Below are positions 1 to 12,863 of a DNA stretch of 64,000 nucleotides, one piece after another (the first letter of the stretch is position 1; each line of letters opens with the position of its first letter). The stretch covers positions 1,116,001 through 1,180,000 of the forward strand of contig OZ251227.1 of assembly GCA_965240325.2 (NCBI GenBank), in the 5' to 3' direction. This DNA is from Rebecca billardiae RCC1528 (Eukaryota > Protista > Haptophyta). The notes below the pieces were generated by a model. The model worked only from the letters and a program-made list of their open reading frames with translations, was not told the origin of the DNA and searched no databases. The position numbers and the translations under genes were made by a program.

Positions 1-2332
1 GCCTTGAGCGCCTCGAGCTCGCGCGCGTCCGCCACGGCCGAGAGGTCGCACCCGCCCTCGTACGTGAGGTAGAAGAACACGTTCAGCGCGCGCACCGCCT
101 GCCGCGGGGGAGGGGGAGTGCGAGGGCGCGCGGTGCGCGCGTCGGCGGGCGCCGGGCGCGCCGGCGCGCGAGCGCACACGCGCGCGCGCGCGCGCGCGCG
201 CGCGCACCTCCGGCCCCGTCTGCTTGTAGCCGAAGATGAGGTCGATCCACTCGTGCAGGTGGGCGGACACGTGCTCCGACTCGAGCGCCGCGCGGTGCTT
301 CGCCACGAAGTCGGCCGCGGACGAAGCCCACGGCGGCAGCTGCACGTCGCCGAGCGGCTCGCCCGACGAGCGCACGCCGAGCGGCACGCCGTTGTTGTTC
401 TTCAGAAAGTGCGCGCAGTAGAAGAACTCGGGGGTGAGCTCCTTGACGTCGGCGGCGCCGCGCGTGCACGCGCGCCACGTGTCGCCCACGCTGTGGAACA
501 GCCGGTCCGCGTGGTCCAGCTTGCCCGACTGCAGCGCCACCGCGTACGAGGTGAACGGCTCGAGGCGCAGCAGGTAGAAGAGCACGTACCCGAGCGTCGA
601 GTAGTGCGAGCCGTAGTGGAAGGGCGGCACCTCGGGGTCGTCGAAGGCGGCGTACGTGGCCGAGGCCGCGGCGGCCTGCGCGTCGCGCTGCGCGCCCATC
701 GGCCGGCCCAGCTCGCGGAAGCTCGCCGGCTGCGCCAGGTCGAGCTCGTCGCTCTCATAGTCCGCGAGCACCCACGGCATCACGGGGTACTGGTTGAGGT
801 CGTGGTAGGAGCGGCCCGCCAGCGTGTTCAGGCCGAGGAGGTACTCGAAGTTGGAGAGCTCGCGGCGGTCCCAGCGCGCGCGCAGCGCGGGCAGCGCGTC
901 CGCGTCGCCGTCGCGCACGCCCACGCGGCGCAGCGCCTTCGCGAGCCGCGCGCGCGCGGCGGGCGTGCGCACGGACACGAGCACGGAAGCGGGCCCGCTC
1001 TGCGCGCGGTAGAAGACCTCGACGCCCACGTGCTGCATCAGGTGGCGGCGCCGGTGCCACAGCGTGAGGCTGGAGGTGGGCACGGCGAAGGCGACCCAGT
1101 CGGACGCCTCCGCCGCCACCAGCTCGACGCCGTGCGCCGCCGCCTCCGCGGCCACGCCCTCGAGCGAGCCCTCCGCCGCGCGGAACGCGAGCGCGGTGCG
1201 CGTGAGCGTGAGCGCGCCGCGCAGCAGCACGTACGGACGGATCAGCTCCGCGTCCGCGCAGCTGAAGAGGGCGTCGGGCGTGCACGCGCCCGCCGCGGCG
1301 GCCGCGCTCGCGAGCGAGTCGTTGGGGGGCGGCAGCTCGGCCGCGTCCACCAGGATCGCCTCCTCCGAGCTCGACGCGCGCACGGGCTCGGCGGCGGCGG
1401 CGGCGGACGGCGCGTCCTCCTCCTCGTCCGCGCCGCCGCCCGCCGACCGCGCCGAGCCTTCGCGCGCGCCGCCCGCGCCCTCCGCCGCGGCCGCGGCGGC
1501 TGCGGACGACGAGATGTCGCGCGCCGCGCCGAGCCGGCGGAGGGACGCGCGGTCCGTCGAGGCGCGCGCCCACGGGTTCGCGCCCCCCGCCGCGTCCGCG
1601 CCGTCCGCGCCCGCCTCGGTCGCGTGCCGCGGCGCGTGCGCGCGCAGCGCCGCGTCGGGCAGCGCGAGCAGCCGACGCCGCTGCCGGTCCTCGACCTCGA
1701 GCAGACGGCGGAGGCGCGCGCCGTCGGCGGCGCGGCAGCGCCACGCGCCCGCGAGCGGGTGGAGGAGCTGCTCGCGCGCGCTCGCCCACGCCTTGGCGCC
1801 CGCCACGCCCGCGCGCGAGAAGAGCTCGCGCCGCGCCGCGGCGGCGGCGCCGACGCGCGCACACATGGCCACGCGCTCCGCGAGCGCCTCGGCGCGCGGC
1901 CGCTCGGCGGCGGTCGCCGCGTCGCGCGCCGCGCGCTCGTGCCGCGCTCGCAGCTCGTCGGCGGCGCGCGCACGGCGCTCGGCCGCGGCGCGCGCGACGC
2001 CGACGCCCGCGCCGTCCGCGCGCGCGAGGGCCGCCATCACCGCCGCCGTCGGCTCGTGCGACGCCGCGAACTCGTGCGCAGCGTACATGGCCGCGCGCGC
2101 GGGCGCGGACGGCGGCGGCGCCCACGCGAGTCCCGCGCGCCGCAGCAGCTCGGTGGCGAGCGGGAGCGCGGCCGCCGCGAGCGCGTCGAGGGCCTCGGAG
2201 CGCGGCACGCCGGGGAACGCGCCGCAGCCCAGCCGCGCGGCGCGCACGAAGCGCGAGGCCACCTCGGCGGGCTCGAGCGCGCAGCTCGGCTGCGGCGGCT
2301 GCGCCGCGTCGTCCGACGCGCCGCCGCCGTCC

Positions 2333-2386
<54 letters not shown>

Positions 2387-3395
2387 GCACCGGACGGCGT
2401 GGCCCCGCCGGCGGCAGCGCCCGGCGGGCGCGCGCGCATGTGCAGGCACAGCTCGCCCAGCCGCTGCATCGCGCGCCGGTCGCCGCCCACGTCGGCGCTG
2501 CTCACCAGCCTGAGCGTGAGCCGGAGCGCCAGCTGGCGCAGCGAGTCGGCGCGCGCCGAGTTGGCGAGCGCGGCGGCTGCGGCCGCGCCGTCCGCGGGCA
2601 CGCTCGAGTCGGCGCGGCGCAGGAAGGCGGTGGGCAGCGCGTCGCGCGCGCTCGCGAGCACCCCGCGCGCGCCCGCCGCGCCCACGGCCGCGCTGCCCAC
2701 CTCGCTCAGCGCGTCGCGCGCGCACGCGAGGGCGCTGCTCAGGCGGCCGGCGCCGAGCGACGCCGTCGCGGCCGCGCGCAGCTCGAGCCCGCCTAGGCTC
2801 GAGTCGACGAGCACGGAGGCGTCCGCGTCGGCGAGCGCGCGCACGAGCGGTGGGTCGAGCAGCTGCAGGCAGAGCACGACGAGCTGCCCGTCGGACCAGC
2901 CCGTGCTGCGCGCCGCCTCGGCGGCCGCCGCGCGCATCGCCGCCTCAGCCGCCTCCGCCTCGGCCGCCGCGGCCGCGGGCGCGGCCGCCGCGGCCGCGGC
3001 CGCGGCGGGCTCGGGGGCGCGCGCGGCGGGCGGGCGCGTGGGCGGCGGCGGCAGGCACTCCTCGGCGAGCAGCACCAGCCGCGCCAGCTCCGCCCACGCC
3101 GCCGCGTTCGCCGGCGTCGGCGCGAGCGTCGCCGCGAGCGGCGCGCAGCGCGAGAGAGCACACGCCACGACCGAGCGCCGCAGCGCGGCCGCCGCGGCCT
3201 CGTCGGGCGTGTGCGCGCGCAGCGCGGCGTCGATGGTCTCGACGGTCTCGATGCCGATGGCCGCGACGGCGGCGGCGGCGGCAGCCGTCCCCGCCGCCGC
3301 CGCCGCCGCCGCGGCGGACGCCGCGCTGCTCGCCGCGGCCGTGGCGCGCGCTGTCGCCAGCACGCACGCGCCGCCGCCCGCTCCGGCGCCCGGCA

Positions 3396-3471
<76 letters not shown>

Positions 3472-6074
3472 GCCGCCACCGCCGGCGGTCCCGGCGGCCC
3501 CGGCGGCCGGCGGCGTGCTCGGGCTCGCCGCCGCGACGCACTGCGCCACGCACCACGCCATGTACTGCCCCGCCAGCTCGGCGGCGAGCGCGCTGCTCGC
3601 GCCGTCGCCGTCGGCGGCCGCGCGCGCCGCGCACGCGCACAGAGGTGGCAGCCACGCGGCGGCAAACCCGCCGCCGGCCGACGCGCGGCCGAGCGCGGCG
3701 AGGCAGGGCGGCGAGTGGCGCAGCGCGAGGCTGATGCGCTGGAGCGCCGCGCCGCGCGTCGACGCGTCCGCGCGCGCGCACAGCTGCAGCGCCGCGGTGA
3801 GGGCAGCGACCGAGACGAGCTGTGAGTCCTCGCCGCCGCCCTCCGCGTCGGCGGCGCGGCCGGCGCCGCCCGCGCCGCCGCCGCCGCGCGCCGCGCCGCC
3901 GTCGGCGGGGCCCATGGCGTCGGCGTCGGCGGCGCAGCCGCGCACGCTGCCGCCCGCCAGCGCGGCCGCGCCCTCGCCGCTCGGGTCGCGCGCGAGCTCG
4001 CCGAACGCCCAGTCGAGCGCGGCGCCGACGAGGCGCGCGCTCGGCGCCGCCCCCTGCAGTGAGCACATCAGCAGCGCGTCTGCGGCGGGCGCGCGCCACG
4101 CGGACGCGCGCCAGCGGCGGAGGAGGGTGCTCGCGGCGGGGCGGTCCGCGCAGCAGACGAGCCAGCCGACGAGCCGCAGCGCGAGCGGCCGCGCGCGCTC
4201 CGCCACCGTCCACACCAGGCACACCGTCGGCTGCCACAGCTCGGCGCCGCCGCCGATCAGCCGCTCGGCCGCGGCCGCGCCGTGTCGGTGCGCGTGCCGG
4301 AGCAGCGCGCGCAGCAGCGCCTCCTGCTGCGCGGCGCCGCGCGCGCGGTTGACGCAGTACAGCACGTGGCGCAGCATCTCCGCGGGCACGCCGGCGCCGC
4401 CGTGCCCGAGTACCGCCGCCGAGGCCCCGCCGCCGCCCGCGCCGCCGCCGCCCGCGCCGCCGCCGCCGCCCGCGGGCGCGCACAGCGTGCCGCCGCCGTC
4501 GGCCGTCGACGCGCGCGCCGCGTCGAAGGCGATGGCGATGGCGTGCTCCCACAGCGCGGCGCGCGCGTCGGGCGCCGCGCCGGCGGGCGCGCCGTCCGCG
4601 GCCGCCTCGCCCAGCGCCGCGCCGTCGAGCAGCACCAGCGCCGCGCCCGTGCGCGCCCACTGCGCCGCGTTGGCGGCCGCGTGGTGTGTCAGATGCGCGA
4701 GGTGGCGCGCGCGCGCGTCGGCCGGCGCGGCGGCCCAGAGCTCAAGGCGGAGGAGGAGCGCGCTGAGCAGCCGGTCGGCGAGCGGCGCGTGCGGCTGGAG
4801 CGCGCGCTGCAGCTCCCACAGCGCGTCCGCCACGCCGGCCGTCAGCACCACCGCCCCCTCCGCGCGCGCCAGCCCGCTCAGCAAGTGTGCCAGAGCGCCG
4901 ACCAGCTCGTGACATCCAGGCTCGGACCCGGCGCGCTCGGGCGCGGGCAGCACGGAGGCGACGGCGCGGACGAGCGCGGCGAGCATCGACGCGGCGGCGG
5001 CGCGCGACTCGGCCGTCGGGCCCGCCGCCGCCTCCGCCACGAGCCCGCCCTCGTCCAGCGGCGGCAGGAAGAAGCCCGGGCCGAGACGCAGCGAACACAG
5101 CGGGCGAGTGTGCAGCGCGCGCGCGGGCGGCGCGCGCAGCAGCGCGCTGAGCTGGAGCGCGCGCGCCGCGCCGTCGAGCGGCGCGGCGGGCGGGAGCGCG
5201 AGCACGCCGCCCGCGCCGACCGCGCCGCGCTCGTCCAGCAGCGCCGCCGTGTACGCGCACTGCAGCGCGCACGCGCGCGCGCCACCGCCCACGACCTGCG
5301 CTGCGAGGCCGAGCGAGCGCTCGGCGCGCGCGAGCGCCGCGCTCGGGTCCGCGCACGCCGGCCCGGCGTCGAAGAGCGCGGCGGCCTCGGCGTCGGAGAG
5401 GGCGCCGCGGAAGAGGCACAGCGCGCCGAGCTGGCCGTCCAGCGCGTTCGGGCTGCCGCCGCCCGCGCCGCTCGCGCCGCCGGCGCGCGCGCGCCCGCCG
5501 TCGGCGTGCGCCGCTCGCCCCGCCGCCGCCGCCGCGTACGCCGCCGCCGCCGCGCCGAGCGACGCGCCGACCACGCAGCGCGCGCGCGAGGCGTCGGCGC
5601 CCTTGGGCAGCGCGTACCTGCACGGCGCGCTCGAGACGCGCCGCCCGTCCAGGTGCAGCGTCGCCGCGTCGCCGCCGAGCCCGAGCCGGCCGCCTCGGCG
5701 CAGGTTGAGGCAGACGAGGTGCCACGCGCCCACACGCAGCGCGCACCGGCCGAGGGCGGCGAGAGGCGGCGGCGCGTGCGCGGTCGCGCGCGCGAGGAGC
5801 GAGGGGCGCGCGTCCGCGCCCTCGCCGTAGTGCCGCACCACCGCCGAGCCCGCGCGCAGCAGCACCTCCACCCCCACGCCGGGCTCGGCCGGCTCGAGCG
5901 CCAGCAGTGTCGTCCCCTCGGGCGCGCTGCTGTCCAGAGCTAGCCACAGGCTCACGCTCAGCGAGCCGTGCTGCAGGGGCTCGGCGAGGGCGGCGGCGGG
6001 GAGCCACAGCGCGCAGCCCGCGGAGGCGGGGAGGTGCAGCGCCACGCGCGGCGCCGCGACCGCGCCGCCGCCGA

Positions 6075-6106
<32 letters not shown>

Positions 6107-6298
6107 TGCTGCGCTGCCGCCGCCGCGGCAGCCGCCGCCGCGCCGCCGCCGCCAGCGCGGCCGCCACCGCCGCCGCCGCCGCCACCGGCGGGGGCCATGG
6201 CGGCGAACGCCGCCGCCGCGGCGGACGACGCTGCGTGCGAGACGCTCGCTGCCGCGCTCGACGAGGAGAACGCCGCGCCAAACGCACAGGCTGAGAGC

Positions 6299-6349
<51 letters not shown>

Positions 6350-7299
6350 GCAGGGCCGCATGGGGCTGACGCGGCGCCACCGCCGCCCGCGCCGCCGGGG
6401 TGCACGCTCGCGAGCGCGGCGGCGGTGGCTGCCGCCGCGTGCGCCGCGGCGGAGGGCTGCAGCAGCTCGAGCACCGCCCCGAGCAGCTGCACCGCGCGCG
6501 GCGTCGCGCCCACCGCCACGCAGTGCGAGACAGTGGCTGCAAGCTCAGCCGCGTCCGAGCGCGTGAAGTGGTGGGCGCCGAGGAGCTTGATGAGGTGGAT
6601 CATGAAGGCGGAGGCGGGGGCGTGCGCGGGGCGCAGCGCCGCGAGCAGCGCGGGCACGCAGCCCACCTCGCGCGTGAGCACGTGCCGGTTGTACGCCGAG
6701 CGCGCCGCGGCGTCGTGCACGCGGCCGAGCACGCCCACGCGCTCGCGGGCGTCGAGCGAGGGGAGGAGGTGGAGGACGAGGCGGGCGGCGCGCGGGTCGC
6801 TCATACGGCCGGCGGCGTCGACGAGGCGCGAGAGCGCCTCGTCGAGCGTCGCGCCGAGCGTGCCGGCGGGCAGGCCCGCGAGCGTCGCGAGCGGCGGCGG
6901 CGCGTCCGCCCACGCTCCATAGGAGGAGCCCGCGGCGCGCACGCCCGGCGGCGCGCGCGCGGCGGGCAGCGGGGGCGCCGCCATCGGCGTCGCGTCGCGA
7001 GGGTTGGCGGGCTTCGGCACGGCCGGTGCCGCCGAGACCGGCGCGGCGCTCGGCTGCGCGCTGCGAGGCGGGGCGGCCGCGCTCGGCGCGGGCGGAGGCG
7101 CCGCCGCCGACGAGCTCGCCGTCACCGCCGCCGTCACGGGCGGCGGCGGCGGCGGCGGCGGGAGCGGGCCGCCTGGCGTCGGCGCGGCAGGCGCGAGCGG
7201 AAGCGCCACATCGCCTCGCGAGGACGCGGATGGCGGCGCGCCGAACAGGCTCTGCGCCATGTCGGCCGCCCGAGCGGCCGCGTCCGCGCGCTCTGCCAT
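1..7299 (-). CDS. BEACH-domain (neurobeachin/LRBA-like) protein, 3' end outside window
   Basis: Minus-strand frame, absent from the ORF track, apparently open from ATG 7299 to 208; GT-AG intron 207-99; then exon 98 to <1. Translated motifs: RRHLMQHVGVEVF (PH-BEACH), WDRRELSNFEYLLGLNTLAGRSYHDLNQYPVMPWVLADY, PPFHYGSHYSTLGYVLFYLLRLEPF, DVKELTPEFF, WIDLIFGYKQTGPE^AVRALNVFFYLTYEG. ConA-like segment near 5650-5970. Start codon and absence of further introns are inferred. Confidence 0.93.
3398..3483. repeat. (CCG)n trinucleotide tract encoding poly-Gly in the BEACH gene (similar tracts at ~2333-2382 and ~6301-6347)
   Basis: Near-perfect run of about 28 GCC/CCG units visible directly. Confidence 0.9.
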
Positions 7300-7453
7300 C
7301 GCGTCCACGCCGTCCGGGAGGTCCCTCGCGAGTCGCGAGTTGAGAGTCGCGGGACTCGCCAGCGCGGCTCGTCCGCCGCCCGGACACGGACCTTGCTGCC
7401 GCCTGCCGCTCGCCAGCTCTCGGCGGCGGCCCGGCCTCGGCGCGGCGGCGCCC
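7300..7453. promoter_or_regulatory. Putative bidirectional promoter between the BEACH and GRIP-golgin genes
   Basis: Only ~154 bp between divergent ATGs at 7299(-) and 7454(+). Confidence 0.45.
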
Positions 7454-10400
7454 ATGGACTTCTCGGCGTTCAAGCTCGACAGCCTGGGCGACAAGCTCGG
7501 CCTGGGCGGCGAAGGCTCGAGACGTGCGCGCAACGGCTCGCTCGCGCGCGCGCGCGCGCGCCCGTCGCGCCGCGCGCCCCCGCGCCCCGCCGCGGTGCGC
7601 GCGCGGCCGGCCCCGAGCCGGCGCGTCCCGCCCCTTCCGCGCGCGCGGCCGCCGCGCGGCGCAGCCAAGGCGGATGGCGAGCCCGGCGGCGCGTCGGGCG
7701 GCGGCTCGAGCGGCACCGCCGACACCGCCCGCGCGCAGATGCAGAAGCGGCTCACCTCGCTCACCAAGGACGCGGGCAAGTCGATGCTCTCGACCGGGAT
7801 GAAGCTGCTCGAGGACCCGTTCATGGTGGGCGACGAGGAGCGGCTGGTGCGCGAGCGGCTGGCGAGGGCGAAGGAGGCGAAGGCGCGCGCGGCGGGTGGC
7901 GTGCCCTCGCCCTCGCCGCCCACGCCCGCGTCCGCCGCCGCCGCGGGAGACCTCGGCTGGGCGGCGGACGCGGCGGGCTGGGCCGAGCTGCCAGCCGCGG
8001 GCGGCGCCGCGCCGCCGCTCCCGCCGCCGCTCGGCGCGTCGGCGGCGGACGGCGGTGGTGGCGGCGGCGCGGCGGCGGCCTCGGCGGCCGAGCTCGCCAC
8101 CCTGCGCGCCGAGCTCGCGCAGCGCGCCCGCGCCGACGCCGAGCTGCGCGCGCGCGTGGGCGAGCTGCAGCAGCGGCTGGCCGCGGCAGACGAGCGCGCG
8201 GCCGCGGCGGACGCGCGCGCGGCCGGCGCCGAGGCGGCGGAGCGGCGGGCGAGCGCGGCGGCGGCGGCGGCGGCGGCGGGGGCGGAGGGCGGCGGTGCGG
8301 CCGCCGCCGCCGCCGCCGCCGCCGCGCAGGAGCGCGTCGACGCGGCCGAGCGGCGCGCGAGCGCGGCCGAGCACGCGGCGGCCGCGGCGGCGTCGCGCGC
8401 GGCGGCCGTTGAGAGCCGACTGGCTCAGGCGACGCAGGCGGCGGCGGAGGCGGCGAAGGCGGCGCGCGGCGCGGAGCCCGCGGGGAAGGCGCACGCGGCG
8501 CTGTGCGCCGCCACCTTCGCCCTGCTCGCCGCCGTGCAGCGCGCGCTCAACCCCGAGGGCAAGCCGCTGCAGCCCACCGCGGACGCGGCCGCGCTGATGC
8601 GCCTGCTCAAGGCGGCGGAGCGGCGCATCGTGGAGGAGCTTGGCGCGGCGAGGGCGGCGCGGGGCGCGCTCGCGGGGGAGCGGGCGCGCGCGGCGAGCGC
8701 GGGGGCGCACGCGCGCGAGGCCGCCGCGCTCGAGCGCGCGCTCGTCGCGCACGCCCTCGAGATGGAGCTCGAGCGCGCGGAGGCGGCGGAGGAGGGTGCG
8801 CGGCTGCGCGCGGCGTGCGAGCGCGCGGCCGCGGGCGGCGCGGCCGCGGCCGCTCCGCCGCCGCCGCCGGTGGAGGCGGCGGGCGGCGGCGGCGGCGGCG
8901 GTGGCGCGGCGGCGGAGGCGGCCGCGGCGGAGGTGGCGGAGGCGAAGGCCGCCGCCGCCGCCGCGAGCGCCGCGGCGGAGCAGGCGAGCGCGCGCGCCGA
9001 CGCCGAGAGCGCGCGCGCGGACGCGGCGGCCGCCGACGCCGCCGCCGCCGAGGCGCGCGCCGCCGCCGCGGAGGAGGCGCGCGGCGCGGCGGAGGCGCAG
9101 GCGGCGTCCGCCGCGGCGGAGGCGCAGGCCGCGTCAACGGCGGCGGAGGAGGCCGCCGCGTCCGCCGCCGCCGAGCGCGCCGCGCTCGCCGAGCGCGCCG
9201 GCGCGCAGGTGAGCGCAGCCAAGCTTGCTGTTGCGGCCGCGCGCGCGGACGCGGCCGCGCGCGGCGCCGCGCTCGGCGCCGCGCTCGGCGCGCTGCGCGA
9301 CGCGGACGCGGCGGTGGGCGCGGGCGCGCGCGCGACGGCGGACGCGCGCGCAGCCGCCGACGCCGCCGCCGCCGCGCTCGCCGCCGCCGCCGAGGCCTCG
9401 AGCGGCGCCGAGTCCGAGTCGCAGACGGCGGCGGCGCGCGCGGCGACCGCCGAGGCAGACGCGGCCGCGGCGCGCGCCGCCGCCGAGCGCGCGGACGCGG
9501 ACGCGGCCGCGGCGCGCGAGGCGGCGGCGGCGGCGGACGCGCGCGCGGCGGCGGCGGACGCGGCGGCGGACGCGCTGCGGCTCGAGGCGCGCGAGCTGCG
9601 CGAGGCCGCGGCGGAGGCCGCGGAGGCCGCGCAGGCGCACGCGGAGAGCGCCGCCGCCGCGCTCGCCGCCGCCGAGCGCCGCGCTGCCGCCGCCGAGGCG
9701 GAGTGCGCGGGCGCGGGCGCGGGCGCGGGCGAGGCGCGCGCGCGCGCCGAGGCGGCGGAGGCGGCGGCGAGCGCGGCGGCGGAGCGCGCCGCGGCTCGCG
9801 AGGCCGAGCTCGACGCCGCGCTCGCCGAGGCGCGCGAGGCGGCGCGCTCCGCCGCCGCCGAGCGCGACGCCGCCGCCGCCGACGCGGAGGCGGCGGGTCG
9901 CGAGGCGGCGGCGGCCGCGGAGCGCGCGCGCGCCGCGGAGTCGGAGGCGCGCGGCGCGCGCGAGGCGGCGGCGGACGGCGCGGCGCGGACGGACGGCGCG
10001 GCCAAGCGCGCGCGCGCCGCGGCCGAGCGCCGCGCGGCCGACGCGGCGGCCGCGGCCGACGCCGCCGCCGCCGACGCCGCCGAGTGCCGCGAGCGCGAGC
10101 GCGGCGCGCGCGCGGACGCGGCCGAGGCGGAGGCCCGGCTGGCCGCGGCCGTGGCGCGCGCGGACGGCGCCGACGCGGAGGCGGCGGCGGCGCGCGCCGA
10201 CGTGGAGCGCGCGCGCGCCGAGGCGGAGTCCGCGCGGCGCGCAGAGGCCGACGCCGCCGCCGACGCCGCGCGCGCCGCCTCCGAGCGCGACGAGGCGCGC
10301 GCCGCGGCCGAGGCGGCGGCGGCGCGCGCCGACGATGCGCATGCCTCGGTCAGCGCCGCGCGCGCCGACGCGGACGCGGCTCGGCGCGCGGAGGAGGCGG

Positions 10401-11024
10401 CGCGCGCGGAGGCGGCGACGGCGCGCGCCGAGCTCGCGCGCACGCGCGACGACGCCGACGCGCTGCGCGACGCGCTCGACGAGGCGCGGCGCGAGGCCTC
10501 CGCCGCGGCCGAGCGCGGCGCGGCCGCGTCGGCCGCGCGCGCGCCGCCCGACGCGGCCGCGGCCGAGGCGGCCGCGGCCGAGCTCGCCGCCGCGCGCGCC
10601 GCGGCGAGCGAGGCGGCGGCGGCGCTCGCCGAGGCGCGCGCGCGCGCGCTCGGCGCCGAGGCCGAGGCGACGGGCGCGCGCACCCTCGCCTCCACGCTGC
10701 AGGAGACGCTCGGCGCCGTGAGCGGCGCGCACGCCTCTTCCCTCGGAGCGCTGCACGACCGGCTGATCAGCGCGACGCGCGAGGCGGCCGCGGTCGAGCC
10801 GCTGAGGCGCGAGGGCGAGCACTCGCGCGCGGAGCGCGACGCGGCGCTGGCGCGGCTGGCGGTCGAGCCCGACGTGCTCCGCCTCGCGCTGCGCGACGCG
10901 GAGAGCGCGCTGGGCACCGCCGTCCGCGAGCTGCGCTCCGAGCTCCGCGCCGCCAAGGCTCGCTCGCGCGAGCTGCTCGTCGCCCGAGACGCGGAGCTGC
11001 ACCGGCTGCGCGCGGCCGCGCAGC

Positions 11025-11056
<32 letters not shown>

Positions 11057-11638
11057 GAGTCGAGGCGGGCGAGCGAGGCGGCGGCCGTGGCAGCCGCCGA
11101 CGCCGACGCGGCGGCGCCCGAGTCAGGCGGCGGCGGCGCCGACACGGCGGCGCGCGCGAACGGCGGCGCGCCGCCGCCGCCCGCGACGCCCGCCACCGCC
11201 GCGCGCGCCTCAGCAGAGGGCGACCCCGAGCGCACGGCGGCGGCCGCGGCCGCGGCGCAGTCGGCGGAGTCGACGCCCGCGCCGCGCGCGAGCGCCGCCG
11301 GCGCGGACGGCGGCGCGCTCGCCGCGTCCCTCGAGCTGCAGCGCAAGCAGGAGCAGATCGCGCAGCTCGAGCACAAGCTGCTGCGCTCGTCTGAGCTCAA
11401 GCGGCGCGCGGCGGTGCGCATCGCCGCGCTCGACTCGCAGCTCGCGCGCGCGAACAACATCAAGAACCTGGAGTACATCAAGAACGTGCTGGTCAAGATG
11501 CTGCTGCTCGGCGACGAGGGCGTCGAGTCGCTCCTGCCCGTGATCGCCCACTTCTTTGCGTTCACGCAGGACGAGCTGCGCCAGATCGAGGCGGCGCGGC
11601 GCGAGCGCGCGCGCCAGAGCTGGCTGCCCGTGCTGTGA
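7454..11638 (+). CDS. GRIP-domain golgin (long Ala/Glu/Arg coiled coil)
   Basis: Starts MDFSAFKLDSLGDKLG at ATG 7454; probable in-frame intron ~7515/7524-7664; long coiled coil; C-terminal GRIP motif NLEYIKNVLVKMLLLGDEGVESLLPVIAHFFAFTQDE; stop 11638. Confidence 0.88.
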
Positions 11639-12152
11639 CGAAGTTCGGGTCACGCAGCCGTACTGAGACTTTGACAACGATGAATTGCGATGTATGATGG
11701 TGGCTTGATACTATGGCCCGTGCGAGCGCTCGACGTGCAAGGCGGGGGAGGATCCGGCCCCAGGTAGCACGATCATGTCGACGCGCCGCGCGTGGCCTCC
11801 AAACGCGTCGACTTTGGCCCCCGTTCGACCTGCACGCGAGACGACGAGGGCAGCAATCGTGAATCGGGCGAAAACACTCTTCGGTAATCCTCGCGCGATG
11901 TCCGCGCCGGCGTTGGATTTGGCGCGCGCGGCCCACGCGCTCCGCGCCACCGGGTACTGTCTTTTCGGCCGAGCGTCCCCAGAATTCAGGGAGCTGCGAG
12001 GGCGCCCGGTAGTGAGCGACGCGATTTTCTTTTCTTGGCGAGTCGATTTTCTTTTTCCTTTTCTTTTCTTATCTTTTCCCCGGGCACTGTCAATCTCGCC
12101 TGCCTAGTGCCTGAGCTGTGTGCGTCAGTCTTATTCTTAGTAAACTGTACAA

Positions 12153-12670
12153 GCTGGCGGGTTGAGACCCAGTCTAATCAGGAGACCCGCGTCGTCCTAC
12201 CTGTGTCGTTAAACGGCATCATAGAATGAGTCTGCAGCCATAATTACACGCGGCACCCGCCGCCGGACGGCGGAGGGTGCCGTGTAACGGCTTGGCTGCA
12301 GACTGCCTCCGCCGTGTAACGGCTTGGCTGCAGACTGGGTTGAGACTCCCTGGCTGGTACTCTCCGCCATCGCACTCGCTTCACGCGAGGGCTGTGCCCG
12401 CCCGCCGAGTAACGATGGCGGCGCAGTCCGGAGGAGAGTACCAGACAGGTTGAGCAAGGGGTCTTACAAATAACGTCTCCTTGGGTTGAGACGGTCCCGC
12501 CTTTTCTCATTTCTGACGAGCTCCGCGCTGGCGCGGCGCAGAGCAGCTCGCCAGAAAATCGACGTCGCGGAGATGAAACGGCTGGGTCTCAATCAGCCAG
12601 CACTACAAGGGGCGGACCTACCCATTCTATGATTTAACGACACAGGTAGGACGACGCGGGTCTCCTGATT
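12153..12670. mobile_element. Small non-autonomous TIR element/MITE remnant with two sets of inverted repeats
   Basis: 38-bp perfect IR AATCAGGAGACCCGCGTCGTCCTACCTGTGTCGTTAAA at 12176-12213 and 12633-12670, extended inward by TCATAGAATG; second IR at 12153-12172/12582-12601; 27-bp direct duplication at 12279-12305/12311-12337. Confidence 0.6.
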
Positions 12671-12863
12671 CGTCGGCGGCAGTGCGCCCGATCGTCGACA
12701 CGAAGTCGGCGTTGGTGGCAGAGCATAGCCTGCACCGCGATCGGATTGCTTGAGCGCGGCCTTGAGCTGCTGGAGCGCGATCCACCTGCGCTGCGCGGCT
12801 CGCATGGCCCTGCTGTGCCCCGAGCGAGGGCGATGGTGCAGGTCCGGATGTCAGCTGGCAGTC

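Noticed and set aside
118-6922. Long plus-strand ORFs (892, 1282, 553 aa etc.) over the BEACH gene
   Set aside because: Antisense shadows caused by extreme GC3; all conserved motifs lie in the unlisted minus frame.
7004-7453. ORF-track N-terminal extension of the golgin
   Set aside because: Overlaps the BEACH gene antisense and starts at a non-ATG codon; ATG 7454 is the plausible start.
8425-11565. Minus-strand 1046-aa and 622-aa ORFs
   Set aside because: Shadow frames of the coiled-coil golgin; no motifs.
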